Shown here: positions 1-15,000 of the stretch, piece by piece | How the letters are laid out: every line of letters starts with the position of its first letter | How positions within the stretch are numbered: the stretch's first letter is position 1 | Assembly (NCBI GenBank): GCA_965213675.1 | Contig: OZ243916.1 | Span: 3,680,001-3,744,000, forward strand | Direction of reading: 5' to 3' | Length of the DNA: 64,000 nucleotides | From: an uncultured Candidatus Binatia bacterium | GTDB lineage: Bacteria; Desulfobacterota; Binatia; UBA9968; JAJDTQ01 | The notes under the pieces: generated by a model | The model's database searches: none | Told to the model about the DNA's origin: nothing | The model's input: only the letters and a program-made list of their open reading frames with translations | Translations under genes and position numbers: made by a program

Positions 1-3000
1 GGTGTGCGTCCCCGAGCTGGCCCCGCTGATGGCGAGCGTCTTGGCGCCTTCGTTGGCGGTGGTCACGAAGTCCCCCACGGTGCCGCCCGTGGTTTCGGAC
101 ACGTCGAGATGCACGGTCACCGTGCCCGAAGCGGACAGATTCACGTCGAACGCCGCGCCCGTGCCCTCGTTCACCGACGCGCTGCCGGCGCTCACCGTGG
201 CCGTGGGCGGCGTGGCGTCATCGTTGTTGATGGTGTAGGTGGCGCTCCCCGCGGACGAGGAAATGTCCACCCCGCCGGGCGCGCCGCGCAGTTCGAGCAC
301 CGCGGTCTCGTTCGCCTCCGCCGAGCTGTCGCCGATGATGCGGAGCTTGACCTCGGCGCGGGTGTCCCCGGAAGCGAGCGTGTGGCTGTAGCAATTGCTG
401 GCGTCCACGGTCAGGGCGCTGCCGCCGGCGTTCACCAGATTGAAGTCCGCCGCCTGGGCGCCGTCGGCGCTGCGGAAGGTGGCCGTGCCGGTGTCCTTGA
501 CGCAGAGCTTGAATGCGGTGGCGGCGGCGCGGGTTTCGCTCAAGGACAGCGTCACCGCCACGTCCGTGTTGCCCGAATGGCCCTCGGCGCCGGAGGCCGA
601 CGCGAGGCTCACGGACAGCGCCGGGTTCGGCGCCTCGTCGTCCTCGATCTTGAGGCTCGCCATGTAGTTCGACGCATGGCGCTCCACGCCGCCGCTCACG
701 GTGGTGCCGAGGCCTGCGCCGCGAAGCACGCTGTCGGTGGCCAGCGTGGCGGTGAGCGTCTCATCGGCCATCTCGCCGTCGTCGCGGCCCGCCACCGGGG
801 TGAGCGTCACTGTCGCGTTTTGCACCATGTGGGCGTCCTGGCCGGTGAAGGTGAGCCTCGGGCTCGCAGTACTGGCGTTCGCAAGGCCCACGCCTCTGCC
901 CGCCGCCGCCACCGTGAAGTCGTGGTTGGCCGTCCCGGGCAGCCGCGCGCCGGTGCTTGTGGCCAGCGTCAGCGGCGCCACGATGACCTCGCCGTCGTAC
1001 AGGCGGCGGGACAGCGCCACCGTGAGCGTGGCCGTGTCCGAGGCCTTGCCTTCGGCCATGAAGGCGTCCGAACTCGTGAGTTCCACCGCCGTGGACTCGT
1101 CGTCCGTGATGCGCGCCGTGTCTGAAGGGCCGGTCGTCGATACCCGGTAGGCGCCCGCGTTGGTGCAGCCCGCCGCGTCCGGCGCCACCACCGCCACCGT
1201 TACCGAGCTGTCAGGGTCGTCCGCCGCCGTGTTCGTCCAGGTGAGGTCATGCTCACCCGCGCCGTTGGCGTTGCCGGTGCTGGTCATGGAGACCTTCTGG
1301 ATGCCCTCGCTCCCCGCCGCCACCCGGTCGCCACCGCTCTCGGTTACCTGCACGCACACCGTCAGGGTGCTGGGCAGCGCCCGGTCGGCGCTCAAGTCGA
1401 ACGTCACCCCGGCGCCGCCTGCGCTCTCCCCGTGAAGCTGTTCGCGCGCGGCGTTCCGTGTCGCGCCTCCCCCGCTGGGCAACGCCACCGAAATGATCGG
1501 CTGCAACCCCTCGTCATCCACAATGCCGACCGTGAGGTTCTTGTTCTGCGAGGCGCCGTAGCCGCTGCCCGCGCCCGACACGGCGTGGGCGAGGGTGACC
1601 GTGTCGTCGGTGTCGTCGTTATCCTCGGCGGCCGAGAGCGACACCGTCTGCGGCGTGCTCCAGATGGCGCTGCCAGCGGGAGTGAAGGTGAGGGTTTCGC
1701 TCGCCGAACTGCTCGTGCCCGCGTCCGGCCCGTCCACGGACAGGTCGCTGCTGGAGTGTCCGCTGATGGTGACCGTCACGTTGGCCAAAGGCTCCGTGGC
1801 GAGCGCCACCGTGTAGCTGCCCGTGTCGCCCTCGCCCATGGAGACGGGGTCCGGGGCGATCACCAGCCCCTTGGTGTCGTCGTCGGTGGCCGTCACCGTG
1901 ACGGAGCCGATGCTCAGGCTGGTGACGTATTGGCCGCCGGTGTCGCCGGTCTTGACCGCATGGGTAATGTTGGCGGTGCGATTGGAAGCCTGGTCGATGT
2001 CGTCGTTCTGGCCCTGGATGGTGAGGGTTTGCGCGGTGTCCCAGTTGGACGGCGTGAAGGTCAGGTCCTCGCTGTTGGTGTAGGTTGTGGCCCCATCGGG
2101 GCCGTCGAGCTTCACCACCGTACCGTCGCCGGAGGTCACGGTGATGACCACGTTCGACAGCGGCTCGCTGTCGAGTTCCACCGTGTAGGTTGCGGCGCCG
2201 CCGTTTTCCGCCACCGTGCGCGTGGTTTGGGAAACGCTCACCCCTGCCGTGTCATCGTCGGTGGCCGTCACCGCGACGGAGTTGATGCTCAGGCTGGTGA
2301 CGTATCTGCCGCCGGTGTCGCCGGTCTTGACCGCATGGGTAATGTTGGCGGTGCGATTGGAAGCCTGGTCGATGTCGTCGTTCTGGCCCTGGATGGTAAG
2401 GGTTTGCGCGGTGTCCCAGTTGGACGGCGTGAAGGTCAGGTCCTCGCCGTTGGTGTAGGCGGTGGCCCCATCGGGGCCGTCGAGCTTCACCACCGTGCCG
2501 TCGCCGGAGGTCACGGTGATGACCACGTTCGACGCCGGCTCGCTGTCGAGCTCCACCGTGTAGGTTGCGGCGCCGCCGTTTTCCGCCACCGTGCGCGTGG
2601 TTTGGGAAACGCTCACTCCTGCCATGTCGTCGTCGGTGGCCGTCACCGTGACGGAGCTGATGTTCAGGCTGGTGAGGTATCTGCCGTTGGTGTCGGGGGT
2701 CTTGACCGCATGGGTGATGTCGGCCGTGCGGTCGGAAGCGTGGTCGATGTCGTCGTTCTGGCCCTGGATCGTGAGAGTTTGCGTGGTGTCCCAGTTGGAC
2801 GGCGTGAAGGTCAGGTCCTCGCTGTTGGTGTAGGTTGCGGCGGAGTCGGGGCCGTCGAGCTTCACCACGGTACCGTCGCCGGAGGTCACGGTGATGACCA
2901 CGTTCGACAGCGGCTCGCTGTCGAGTTCCACCGTGTAGGTGTCGGTGCCGCCGTTTTCCGCCACCGTGCGCGTGGTTTGGGAAATGCTCACCCCTGCCGT

Positions 3001-6000
3001 GTCGTCGTCGGTCACGCTCACGCTCACGGTCCCGGCGCTGGTGATGGTGTAGTTGCTGTCGGTGGATGTCGTCGCGTGGCCGATGATCACGGTGCGGCTG
3101 TCGCCCGCGTTGTCGATGTCGTCGTCCACGCCAGTCACGGTGATGGTCTGCGCCACGTTCCAGGTGGAGGTGGTGAAGGTCAGCGTCTGCGCGCCGCCGA
3201 CGGTGCCGCCCGACTTGTTCACCCGGGTGCCCGCTCCCGCCGTGACCGTCACGGTCACGCTGTGGGTGGGCTCGGTCCTGAGCTTGATGTCGTAGCTGTC
3301 GGTGGTGGTGGCGCCGTCCTCGCTCACCGTGGTGCCGGCGCCTGACTCGGTGAAGACGAGTCCGTACGGGGTGTCGTCGTCCCGGATCACGTGGGTCGCC
3401 GGGTTGCCGTCGGTCTCGACCTCGAAGGTCGCCGGCAGGGCGGTGGTTGCGCTCTCCTTCAGCGTGACCGTCACCCTCTCGTCGTTTTCGATGTCCATTT
3501 CACCGAATACCCGGATCTTGTACGTGTGGCTGTCCACGCTCTGGGCGAAGGCGACCGTGCCTTGCGCGCCCACGCAGCCGAGGGTGCTGCCCGAGCCGAA
3601 GGTGGTGACCGTGCCGCTGCCGTCGATGTCGATGATGCGGTAGTCCTCGCCCGCCGCCTGCGTACCGTCGGCGTCGAGGGTCGCACTGCCGGAGAAGCAG
3701 AGGCTGTACGACACCGCCGGGCTGCCGGCGGGCTTGGCCACGACCACATTCACGTCGCGGGTGCCGGAATCACCCTCGTCGGCCGACGCCGAGGCCAGGG
3801 TCAGGGCGAGTTTGTACCTGTCGTCGTTGGTCAGGGTCACGGCCACACCGGGGATGGTCGGCGTGCTCGGGGTGTAGCGGCTGCCGTCGCCGTTGGCGGC
3901 CGAAGCGATTGTGTGCGTGACCGTGGCGGTGCGGTCCGGCGCGTTGACCACGTCGTCGTCCTGGGCCTCGAGGGTGATGGTCTGCGCCGCGTCCCAGTTC
4001 GACGGCGTGAACGTCAGGTCCTCGGTGTTCGTGTAGGTCACCGCCGGGTCCGGGCCGTCGAGCTTCACCGCCGTGTCGTCGCCGGAGGCGACGGTGATGA
4101 CCACGTCGGACAGGGGCTCGCTATCGAGCACCACGGTGTAGGTGGCGGTGGCGCCGTCTTCGGCCAGCGTGCGCGTGGTCTCCGACACCGTCACCCCGGC
4201 GGTGTCGTCGTCGGTCACCCGAACGTCCAGGCCGCCCGCGTCGTCGATGTCGTAGCTCGCGTCGGTGGAGCGGGTCGCGTGGGCGATGGTCACGACGCGC
4301 TGATTGTTCTCGTTGTCGACGTCGTCATCGACGCCGGTCACGGTGATGGTCTGCCCGGTGCTCCAGACGCCTGCGCCGCTCGGTGTGAAGGTGAGCGTTG
4401 CCGTGGCGCCCGCCGTGCCGTCCGCCGCGTGCACCCTGGTCCCTGCGCCGGCGGCCACCGTCACCGTCACGTCGTGGGTCGGCATGATGTTCAGTCTTAC
4501 CGCATAGCTGTCCGTGTCGGTTCCGTCCTCGCGCACGACGGTGCTGCCGCCCGTCGGCACGAAGTGGACTCCGGCGGTGCCGTCGTCGTCGGTGACGCTC
4601 ACCGTCACATCGCTGATGGACGGGGCGTCCGCCGTGTAGCGGCTACCGTCGCCGGTCTTGATTGCGTGGGTGATGGTGGCCGTGCGCCGGGAGAAGTTGA
4701 AGTGCTCGTCGTCCTGACCTTCGAGGGTGATGGTCTGCGCCGTGCTCCAGTTCGACGGCGTGAAGGTCAGGTCCTCGGTGTCGGTGTAGTCGGTCGCCGA
4801 GTCCGGGCCGTCGAGCTTCACCGCCGTATCGTCATCGACAGCGACGGTGATGACCACGGGCAACAGCGGCTCGGAGTCGAGCACCACCGTGTAGCTGGCG
4901 GTGCCGCCATCCTCCGCCACCGTGCGCGTGGTCTCCGACAGGGTCACCCCGGCGGTGTCGTCGTCGGTGACGGTCACCGCCACCTTGCCGGCGTTGGTGA
5001 TGGTGTAGCTGTTGTCGCTGGAGGTCGCCGCGTGGCTGAGCTCCACGGCGCGCGCGTCGCCCGCGTTGTCGATGGCGTCGTCCACGCCGGACACGGTGAT
5101 GGTTTGCGGCGTGCTCCACAGATTGGCCCCGGCCGGGGTGAAGGTGAGGGTCTGGCCGGCGCCCGCGGTGCCGCCGGACGTGTTCACCTCGGCGCCGGCG
5201 CCGGCGGTCACCGTCACCGTGACGTCGCCGGCCGGCTGGGTGTTCAGCGCCACGGTGTAGGTGTCGGTGGTGCCGTCCTCGCCGACGGTGGTGCCGCCGC
5301 CCGACTCCACGAGGCTCACACCGGCGCCGGGCGTGGTGTCGTCGTCGGTCACGCTCAACGTCACCGCGTCGATGGCGATGCCGTGGTAGGGATTGCCGGT
5401 GTCGGCGACGGCGGCGCTGTGCGCGAGGGGCACGCTTTCGCTCACCGTGTCCGCATCTTCCACGGCGCGCACGGTCACGGTCTGCGCCGTGCTCCAGAGA
5501 TTGGCGCCGGAGCTGGCGAAGGTGAGCGTGGCGCTCGTGCCCGCCGTGCCGCCCGGCGCCTGCACGGTCACGGCATCCTGGTGCGACGCGGGCACGCGCA
5601 CCGTCACCGCCACGTCCGCCACCGGGTCGGAGTCGAGCACCACGGTGTAGGTGCCGGCCGCGCCGGCCTCGGTGAGGCTCAGGCTGCTCGCCGACAACGT
5701 CACGCCGTCGCCGTCCGGGTCGTTGTCGACGATGTACACGTCCACCACGTCCCGCACCTCGTGCTGGACGAGGCCGACGGGCGGATAGTCTTGTATGGCC
5801 TGGATTCTGAATCGCTCGACGCCTTCGGTCAGCGCGTCGTCGACCAGCTCGACCGTGAGCGTCGTCGAGGTGTCGCCCGCTTCGAAGGTCACCTTCTCGG
5901 GCCACTCGAAGGCGGGCTTGTAGTCCGTCCCCGACGTCGCCTGGCCGGGCGCGCCGACGGCGGCGGGACCGCCGGCGGGGAAGGCGCCGGCATCGTCGAA

Positions 6001-9000
6001 ATAGCGGAACCGCACGCCGGTGTCGCGGCTGAGCGCCCGCGACAGGTTGACCTCGAGCTTGACGCTGTCCGCCCCCTCCGGCGCCCGCACACGGTCGGCC
6101 ACGGCGAAGGTCACGAGATATTCATCGTCCACCACCGTGGTCTCGATGCTGTGGTCGCTCGCGTCGCGGGTCACGTCGCCCACCGTGGTGTCGGGGTCGG
6201 CGGCCAACGCGGCGTCGCTGCCGAGCGCGACGGTGACCGTCTCTTCCCTCGGCGTCTCGAGATGGTCGTCGATGGCTTCGAGGGAGAGTTGCACGGCGGC
6301 GCCGCCCGCGCCTTCGCCCTCGAAGACCAGGGTGGGGCTGAGCGTACCAGCGCCCTCCAGGCGCACGCCGGGGTCGGCGGCGTCCTCGTCGCTCACCCAC
6401 TGGAGCCCGTGCGGGAAGTCGTCCCGAGTCACGTCCGCGCCGGAAATCACCAGCGGCACATCCACCCGCTCGCCCGCGCGCAGCGCCCGGCTCAACGCGA
6501 CCGCGAACTCGATGACGCCGCCCGCAATGTCCCGGTCCCGCCATCCGGTGCCCTCGTCGATGCGCGCGGCGCCGCCGGTGCGGGTGAGCGAGACCACGAT
6601 GTCGGAGTCGTCATCGTCGATCACCCCGGTGGCGATGAGGCGAAGCCCGCCGCCCGGGAGCACCGCGTTGGTGGGCTCGGAAAGGAACAGCGCCACCGTT
6701 TCGTCGCTCTCGAGCAGGGTGTCGCCGATGACCTCGACGGTCAGGGTCTTCTCGGTCTCGCCCGGCTGGAAGGTGAGCGTGCCGGGCGGCACGGCCACGT
6801 AGTCCGTCCCCCGCGTGGCGGTGTCGTCGGGGTCGATGTTCCCGTAGTCCACCGTGACGGTGTCCAAGCTCGCGTGGGAGAGGGTCACCGTGAAGTCCAG
6901 GTCGGCGGTGGCGCTGTCGCCCTCGTCGACCCGCCCGCCGCGCATTCTCAGCTTCGGGTCGCTGTCGAGCACATCCAGCGTGATGAGGGGCACCCGCGGT
7001 CCAACGAACCCGGCGTAGTTGCCTTTCCCCTGCACGGTGTTTCTGAACGTCGTGGTGCGCTTCCCGCTCGGGTTGTCCTTGCCATCGTCGACCCCGGTCA
7101 GGGTGACGGTCTGATAGCGGTACCAGTTCGACATCGTGAAGGTGAGGACCGAAGGGCTGAAACGGGCGAATCTGTAGTTCACACCCAGATGGATCTCCAC
7201 ATTGCCACGGTTCGGCGGCGCGTTGAGGCGCACCCTGTAGGTTCCCTTGTGCTCTTTCACATCCCGGGTGTGCGGGTTGTCCGCCTCGTACAGGGTGATC
7301 TTGGTGGGCGTATACGTGATGCCGGGGGTGTCGTTGTCCGCGACTTCCACCGTGGCAAAGTCGGGGTCGGCCGGGAAATAGGCGCGCGCGGTCGAGGCTC
7401 CCCGCACCGTTACCTTGACGCCCCCGGCGGGGTCCGAGCCGCTGGTGTCCCGGGTGGCGATGGTCAGCGCCGCCGACGCCTGGCCCGCGGGGATGGTGAG
7501 CGTGCGGTTGCCTTCGTCGGCCGTCGCGATGCGGTCGGCGGCGCCCGCTTCGGCCACGTTCAGGTTCACCGCAAGGGCGCTCGAGGTCACGAGGTTGCGC
7601 GTCACGGTGAACGCGGCGGCGTTGCCCTCGATGACCTCCGCTGCGTCCGCGCTCACGCTCACCGTCGGGTCGTTGTCGTTGATGCGCACCAGCGCCGTGT
7701 CGCGCGCGTAACCCGGGGGCAGGTTGTCCGGGTCGGCATGCAGGCGGAAGCGTTCCCGCTTCTCGACGACGTTGTCGTTCACGATCGGAATGACGAGATC
7801 GATCTCCGTTTGCCCCGCCGCGATTTCCGCGAACTGCGGATATGTCCAGGCTTCCCGGTAATCTTCCCCCACCTTCGCGTTCAGGCTCTCGAACACGAGC
7901 CGGACCAGCACGTCCCGGTCGAGCGCGCGCGAAAGCCGCAGGGTGATCCGGGCCGCCCCCGCCCCCTCGGACACGCTGTATAGGTCTTCAGAGAAGGTCA
8001 GCAGATATTCGTCGTCCACCACCGTCACGCTGAAATCGGCGGCTGAAGGGTCCACCGCCAGGGTGTCGGGGATGTTGGTGCCGGGCGCGCCGTTCAGCAC
8101 CGTCGCCTGCGCGAGCGCGACGGTCACCGTCTCCTCGCGCGGCGTCTCCAGTTGCAGGTCGGTCGCTTCGACCTCCAGGGCCGCGACCTGCGCGCCGGTG
8201 CCTGCGAACACCACCGTGGGCTGCAGGGTGTCCGCGCCCTCGATGCGGACGCCCGTGCCCGAGACCACCGCCAGCGCAGCGAAATCGTCCGCGCTGACGC
8301 CGGCCCCTGCAATCACCAGCGGGATGTCGACGCGCTCGCCCGCCACCAACGCCCTGGAAAGACCCACCGTGAAGGCCATCCTGCCGCCGGCGACCTCCTG
8401 CGCGCCCGGCGCATCCGGCGTGCCCTCGCCGATGCGCGCCGCGCCCGTGCGCGCGAGGGACACGGTCACCGTGCCGGCCTCATCGTCGGTGAGGGTGACC
8501 CCCACACTGGCGATGGCGGGCGTGCTCGGGGTGTAGCGGCTGCCGTCGCCGTCGGCGGCCGAACCGATGCCGTGCGTGATGGTGGCGCTGCGCGCGCTCG
8601 CATTGACCCGATTGTCGTCTTGACCCTGAACGGCGATGGTCTGCGGCGCGTCCCAGTTCGACGGCGTGAAGGTCAGCGCCTCGGTGCGGGTGTAGGTCCC
8701 GGACGCGTCGGGGCCGTCGAGCTTCACCACCGTGTCGTCGCCGGACGCGACGGTGATGACCACGTTGGACAGCGGCTCGGAATCGAGCACCAGCGTGTAG
8801 TCGGCCGTGCCGCCGCCCTCCGATACCCGGTGCGCGGCCTGGGAGACGGTCACGCCGGCGGTGTCGTCGTCGGTGACACGGACGTTCACGCTGCCGGCGT
8901 TGTCGATAGTGTAGTTGCTGTCCGAAGAGCGTGCGGCGTGGGTGAGGGCCACGGTGCGCGCATCACCCGCGTTGTCGATGGCGTCATCGACGCCGAACAC

Positions 9001-12000
9001 GTGGACGGTCTGCGCCTTGTGCCAGACCTTCGCGCCGCTCGGCGTGAAGGTGAGCGTCTTCTTCGCGCCCGCCGTGCGCACCCCGCCGCCGGCGTTGTTC
9101 ACGAGCGCGCCTGCGCCCGCGGTCACCGTGACCGTGACGTCGCTCGAGGGCGCGGTGCTCAGCCGGATGCGGTACGCGTCCGTGGTGGTGCCGTCCTCAC
9201 TGACGACGGTGGCGGCCGGTTGGCCGGTTTCGGTGAGGATGACGCGGGGGACGGCATCGTCATCGTCCGTGATCGTCACCGTCGCCGAACCGGCCCTGGT
9301 GGTGCCGGCCGTGCCGAGGCCCGAGACGCGATCGAGGTTGCTCGTGACCGCAATGGCGCGGCTGAAGCCGACCGTGAGCGCCTCCAAGTCGCCCTCGTCT
9401 GCGGTGTCCGGCTGCGCAGTGACGGTGAGGGTGGCCACCTGCACCGCGTTCGAGCCGTGGCCGGTGAACACCACTGCCGGCGCGGCGGCGCTGTAGTACG
9501 GCGCGCGGGTGTGCAGCGTCACGCCGCGGTTCAGACCGCTGCCGGATTTGAGCGCGATGACGTAATCCGCCGCGGTCACGCCCCGGCCCGCAACACCGAG
9601 CGGCACCGTCACCGTCTCGCCCGCCACCAGGTTGCGCCCGAGCGTCACGGTCACGTCCGCCGCGTCGCTGCCGTCCTCGCTCACCGTGCCGCCGCCGCCG
9701 ATGGTCACCGTTGTGGGGTCGTTGTCGACCAGCAACCTTGTGAACGTGTGGTGCCTGGTGGAGACCCGGTAGCCGGTGCCCGGGTCGAGCGTCACCCTCA
9801 GCACGCTGTTCGGCTCGTCCACCGCGTCGTCATCGATGGCGACGTCATGGGTGCCGCTTCTCGAACCCGGCGTCAGTGTGGGACCGGTGAAGGTGCCGAT
9901 GTGGGCGGAATGCGCGATGTCGCCCGTCTGGGTGACGGTGAAGCCGATGTCATCGATGTCGGCGCTCAAGGTGTCCTCGGTCTCGAAAAGCAGGGCCACC
10001 CGCTCCTGTCGCATCGTGCCGTTGTCGTCATGGGTTTGACCTTCGGCGACCGCCGAATTCAAGGTCGCGCTCGTCAACGCCACCGTCGGACGCGGGTCGG
10101 CGGTGACCGTGGCCTCCACCGAGGCGATGATGGTGCTGATGGGGTAAGCCGCGGTGGCGGTGGTCACCATATGGGTGATGGTGGTCGAGCCGGCCTGCTT
10201 GCCGGTCACCGTCACCGTTTGCGGCTTGGGCCAGTTGCCCGCGTTGAAGGTCAGGGCGCCGCTCACGACAGCGTTCGCCGGGGTGTCGCTGGTCGGCGTC
10301 ACCACCACCGTGCCACCGGGGTCGCTCTCGAGCACGACGGTATAGCGAACGATGGCGTCGCGGTCGGCCACCGACAGCGTCGTGTCCGACACCACCACCC
10401 CGTGCCCGGCGTCGGTGGTGGTCACGGTCACATCGTCGATGGCGAGCAGGTGGTAGCGGTGGTTGCTGTCCGCGGCCACCGCCGAGGAGTGGGAGAGGGT
10501 GACGGTCTCGCCTGCCGCGTCGCCGTCGTTCACCGCGCGCACCGTGACCGTCTGCGCCGCGCTCCAGTTGCCGGCGTTGCCGGGCGTGAAGGTGAGCGTG
10601 CCCTGGGTGCCCGCCGTGGCGCCGTCGGTGCCCACCGTCACGGCGGTGGGGTCGCTTGACGTCACGGTCACGACGACAGTGGCGCCGGGGTCGGAGTCGA
10701 GCACCAGCGTGTACGTCTTCTCGGCGTCATCGGCGTGCCGCTCGGTCAGCGCCAGGGTCGCGGTGGAGAGGGTCACGCCTTCGGGACCCGCGTCATCGTC
10801 GGTAATCGTCACCGTGGCCGTGCCCGTCGGGGTGGTGCCGGCGGTGCCGGAGCCCGTGGCCCGGTCGAGGTTGCTCGCTACCGCCCGGTCGCCGCTGCCG
10901 AAGCCGACCGTGAGCGTCTCGGCGCGCCCCTCGTCATCGGCGTCCTGCTGCCCGGTCACGGTGAGGGTGGCCACGCGCACCGCGTTCGTGTCGTGGCCGG
11001 CGAACACCACCGCCGGCGCGGCCGCACTGTGGGGATTGGCGGTGTCCAGCGTCACGCCGGCGTTCAGGCTGCTGCCGGTCTTGCGCGCGATGGTGTAATC
11101 GGACGCGGCCACGCCGGCGCCCGACACCACAAGCGGCACCGTCACCGTCTCGCCCGCCACCAGATCGCGACCAAGCGTCACCGTCACCTCCGCCGAATCG
11201 CTGCCGTCCTCGGCCACCGTGCCGCCGCCGCCGAGCGTCACCGAGGTGGCGTCGTCGTCGGTGATGTCCACCGTGGCCGCGTCCGGGCTGCCCACCTCGT
11301 AGCCGGTGCCCGGGCTCACCGTCACCTGCACGCCGTCATTCGCCTCGTCCGTGCTGTCGGCCACGGTGTCCACCGTCCAGGTCGCCGTCCCCGAGATGGG
11401 CACGGTGACCGTGGCCTCGCCCTCGTCATCGTCGGCCACGAAGTCGCCGGTCTCGCTGACCTCCAGGTTGACCGTGAGGCTCGCCCGCGGCACCGGGTCC
11501 GCGGTCACCGTGAAGCTCGCCGCCGTGCCCTCGGTGACCGCCGAACCGCCGGTGATCGTGATCGCCGGCGGCGGTTCCCTGACGGTGAGGGTGAAGGAGA
11601 CCTGGCGCGAGGAATCGTGCTGATCATTGAGGGTCATGGTGAAGGTCTCGTCGGGATCGTACACCCCGTCGGCGCGGGCGCGCAATTCCGTCGTGAACGT
11701 GCGGGTGTCGGTATCAAAGTTTTCGCGCCCAACGCAGAAATCCCAGTTCGGGAGCGCGTGCGGGGTGTCCACCAGGACGCATTCGAACGATTGCGCGGTT
11801 CCGGGGTAATTCGCCCCCAGGATGCCGCTGGTCCACGAGTGCGGGATGTTGATGACCGTGAACGTCTTCGTCTCCCCTTCCCTGATCTCCGTGGAGTCGA
11901 TACTCGGCGCGGGGAAGATCGTGACCGCCACGGACCCGATGTCGGTGCTGATGGGGTAGGCCGTCGTCGGGGTGGTGACCGCATGGCTGAGGGTGGCCGA

Positions 12001-15000
12001 ACCGGCCTGCTTGCCGGTCACCGTCACCTCTTGCGGCATGGACCAGTTGCCCGAGGTAAATGTCAACGCGCCGCTCACGGTGGCGTTCGCCGGCGTGTCG
12101 CTCGTCGGCGTGACGACCACCGTGCCGCCGGGGTCGCTGCGGAGCACGATGTCATAGGTCGTGGTGTCGTCGCCCGCACTGACCCGGATCGTCGTGGCCG
12201 GCACCACCACCCCGTGGCCGGCGTCGGTGACGGTCACACGCACATTGTCGATGTCGATGCCGTGATACGGGTTGCTGCTGTCGGTGGCCACCGTCGCCGC
12301 GTGGCGGAGGGTAACCGTCTCGCCCACCGTGTCGGCGTCGTTCCGGGCGCGCAGGAGGATCACCCTCTTTGCCTGCCAATTGCCGGAACTGCCGTGGGTC
12401 ACGGTAAACGAGCTCTGGTCGCCCGCCTTCTCGATGTCGGCGTCAATCACCACCGCTGTGGTGTCGTCTGAAGTCACCGTGACGACCACATCGGCACCGG
12501 GGTCGGAGGTGAAGGCCAGCGTATACGTCTCATCGAAGTCGGTCTCGTGCAGCTCGGTGAGCTGCACGCTCGCGGTGGAGACCACAACACCGTGGGTGGG
12601 CGGGTCCGTGATGCTGAATACGGCGAGGCTGTCGGTCTCCTCCGCACCGCCGGCGAGCCCGGTCGGCACGAGGGTGCCGATGTCGATATCGACCGTCTCC
12701 GGGCTCTCCTCGCTGCCGTCCGACACCGCGGTCAGGGTGAGCCTGGCGGTGGTCGCCGTCGCGCCGGAGTTGGGCCCGGTGAAGACCACGCGGGCGGTCC
12801 CGCTGTCGAGATTGTTGTAGACAACACCGGCCGCGGTGGCGCCGACCAGGGTGTAATCCGTGCCGCGCGTCGCCGTGCCGGCGAAGGTGAGCGGCACGGT
12901 CAACGTCTCGCCGCTGACCAGGCCGCGGCCGAGGGTCAGGGTAATATCCCGCGTCCGCCCCTCGGCCAGGTCGCCCGAGGCAGCCGAGGCCAGGGTGACC
13001 GTGGTGGGGTCGTCGTCGGTGATGGTCACCGACGCCGTGCCGGTCGGGGTGGTGCCGGCGGTGCCGGTGCCCGTGGCCCGGTCGAGGTTGCTCGCCACCG
13101 CCCGGTTGCCGCTGCCGAAGCCGAGGGTGAGCACCTCCGCCGACCGCTCGTCGTCGGTGTCCGACCGCGCGGTGACGGTGAGCGTCGCCACCTGCACCGT
13201 GTTGGTGGCGTGGCCCGCGAACACCACCGCCGGCGCGTCCGCGCTGTGCGGGGTGGTCGTGTTCAACGTCACGCCCTGGTTCAGGTTGCTGCCGGTCTGC
13301 AGCGCGATGGCGTAGTCGGAGGCGGCGATACCCGGCCCGGCAACGCCGAGCGGCACCGTCACCGTCTCGCCGACGCGGAGGTTGCGGCCGAGGGTCACCG
13401 TCACATCCACCGAGTCGCTGCCGTCCTCCTGCACCACGCCGGTGCCCGCCAGCGTCACCGCGGTGGCGTCGTCGTCGAGCACCGCCACGGTGGCCGTGTC
13501 GCTCGCGCCGCTCGCAACCCGGTAGCCGGTGCCGGGGGGCACCGCCACGGTCACGCCGCCATTGGACTCATCCGTGCTGTCGGCCACCGTGTCCACGGTG
13601 TAGGTCGCCCGGCCCGAGGTCCCGACGGTCACCGACTTGCCGCCCGCATCCTCGCTCGCCACGAAGGCGCCGCTCGCGGCGACGTTCAGGTTGACGGTCA
13701 GGTTCGCCCCCGGCGCCGGGCTGGCGGTCACCGTAAAGCTCGCCGCCGTGCCCTCGGTGACCGCAGTGCCGCCGCTGATGGTGATCACCGGGCGCGGGTC
13801 GGCGGTGACCGTCACCGCCACCGGGTCGATGTTGGTGCCGGCCGGATAGTCCGTCGTGGCGGTGGTCACCGTATGGCGGAGGGTGGTCGCCCCCTCGCCC
13901 TTGCCGGTCACCGTCACCGTCTGCGGCACGGACCAGTTGCCCGGGGTGAACGTCAGCGCGCCGCTCACCATCGCCCGGGACGGGTGATCGCTCGCCGGGG
14001 TCACCACCAGCGTGCCGCCGGGGTCGCTCTGCAGCACCAGGGTATAGGTCGCCGTCTCGTCATTCGCCGCCACCGACCGGGTCGACTCCGACACCACCAC
14101 CCCGTGGCCGGCGTCGGTGGTGGTCACGGTCACCGCGTCGATGGCGATACCGTGATAGGGGTGGGTGCTGTCGGACGCCACCGCCGCATTGTGGGTGACG
14201 CGGACGCTCTCGCCGGCCGCGTCGCCGTCATTCACCGCCCGCACCGTCACCGTCCGCACGTCGTTCCAGGTGCCCGCAATGCCATGGGTGAAGGTGAGCG
14301 TGTCCTGGTCGCCCTCCGTGTCGCCGTCGGTGTCCACCCGCACGGCGCTGTTGTCGGCGGAGGTCACGGTCACCACCACCTCCGCGCCCGGGTCGTTGTT
14401 CAGCGCCAGCGTGTAGGTCTTCTCCGCGTCGCTCGGGTGCAGCTCGGTGAGCGCGAGGCTCGCGGTGGAGACCGTGGCCCCGTCCTCCGCCGGGTCCTCG
14501 ATGCTGAACCCGGCCAGGCTGTCAGTGCTGTCGACACCGCCGTCAAGGCCGGTGGGAACGAGCGTGCCGAGGCCGATATCGACGGTCTCCGGGGTCGCCT
14601 CTGCCGTCCCGTCCCTGACCGCCGTCAGGGTGAGGGTAGCGGTGGTCGCCGTCGCCCCGGAGTCCGGGCCGGTGAAGACCACGCTCGCCGTCCCGCTGTC
14701 GAGCTGGTTATAGGCGACGCCGGCCGCCGTCGCACCGACCAGGGTGTAATCCGTGCCGCGCACCGCCGTGCCGGCGAAGGTGAGCGGCACGGTAAGCGCC
14801 TCGCCCTGCACCAGCCCGCGGTCGAGGGTCACGGTAATCTCCCGCGTCTGCCCCTCGCCCAGATCGCCCGAGGCGGCGGCGAGCACCACCCCCGTCGGAT
14901 CATTGTCCGTAACCCGTACGACCAGTTCGCGCGCCTTCTGGTGCTGGAACCTCACATCCGCCGAAGTGGCCGTGTGGGTGACCGAGACCGTCTTGCCCGG

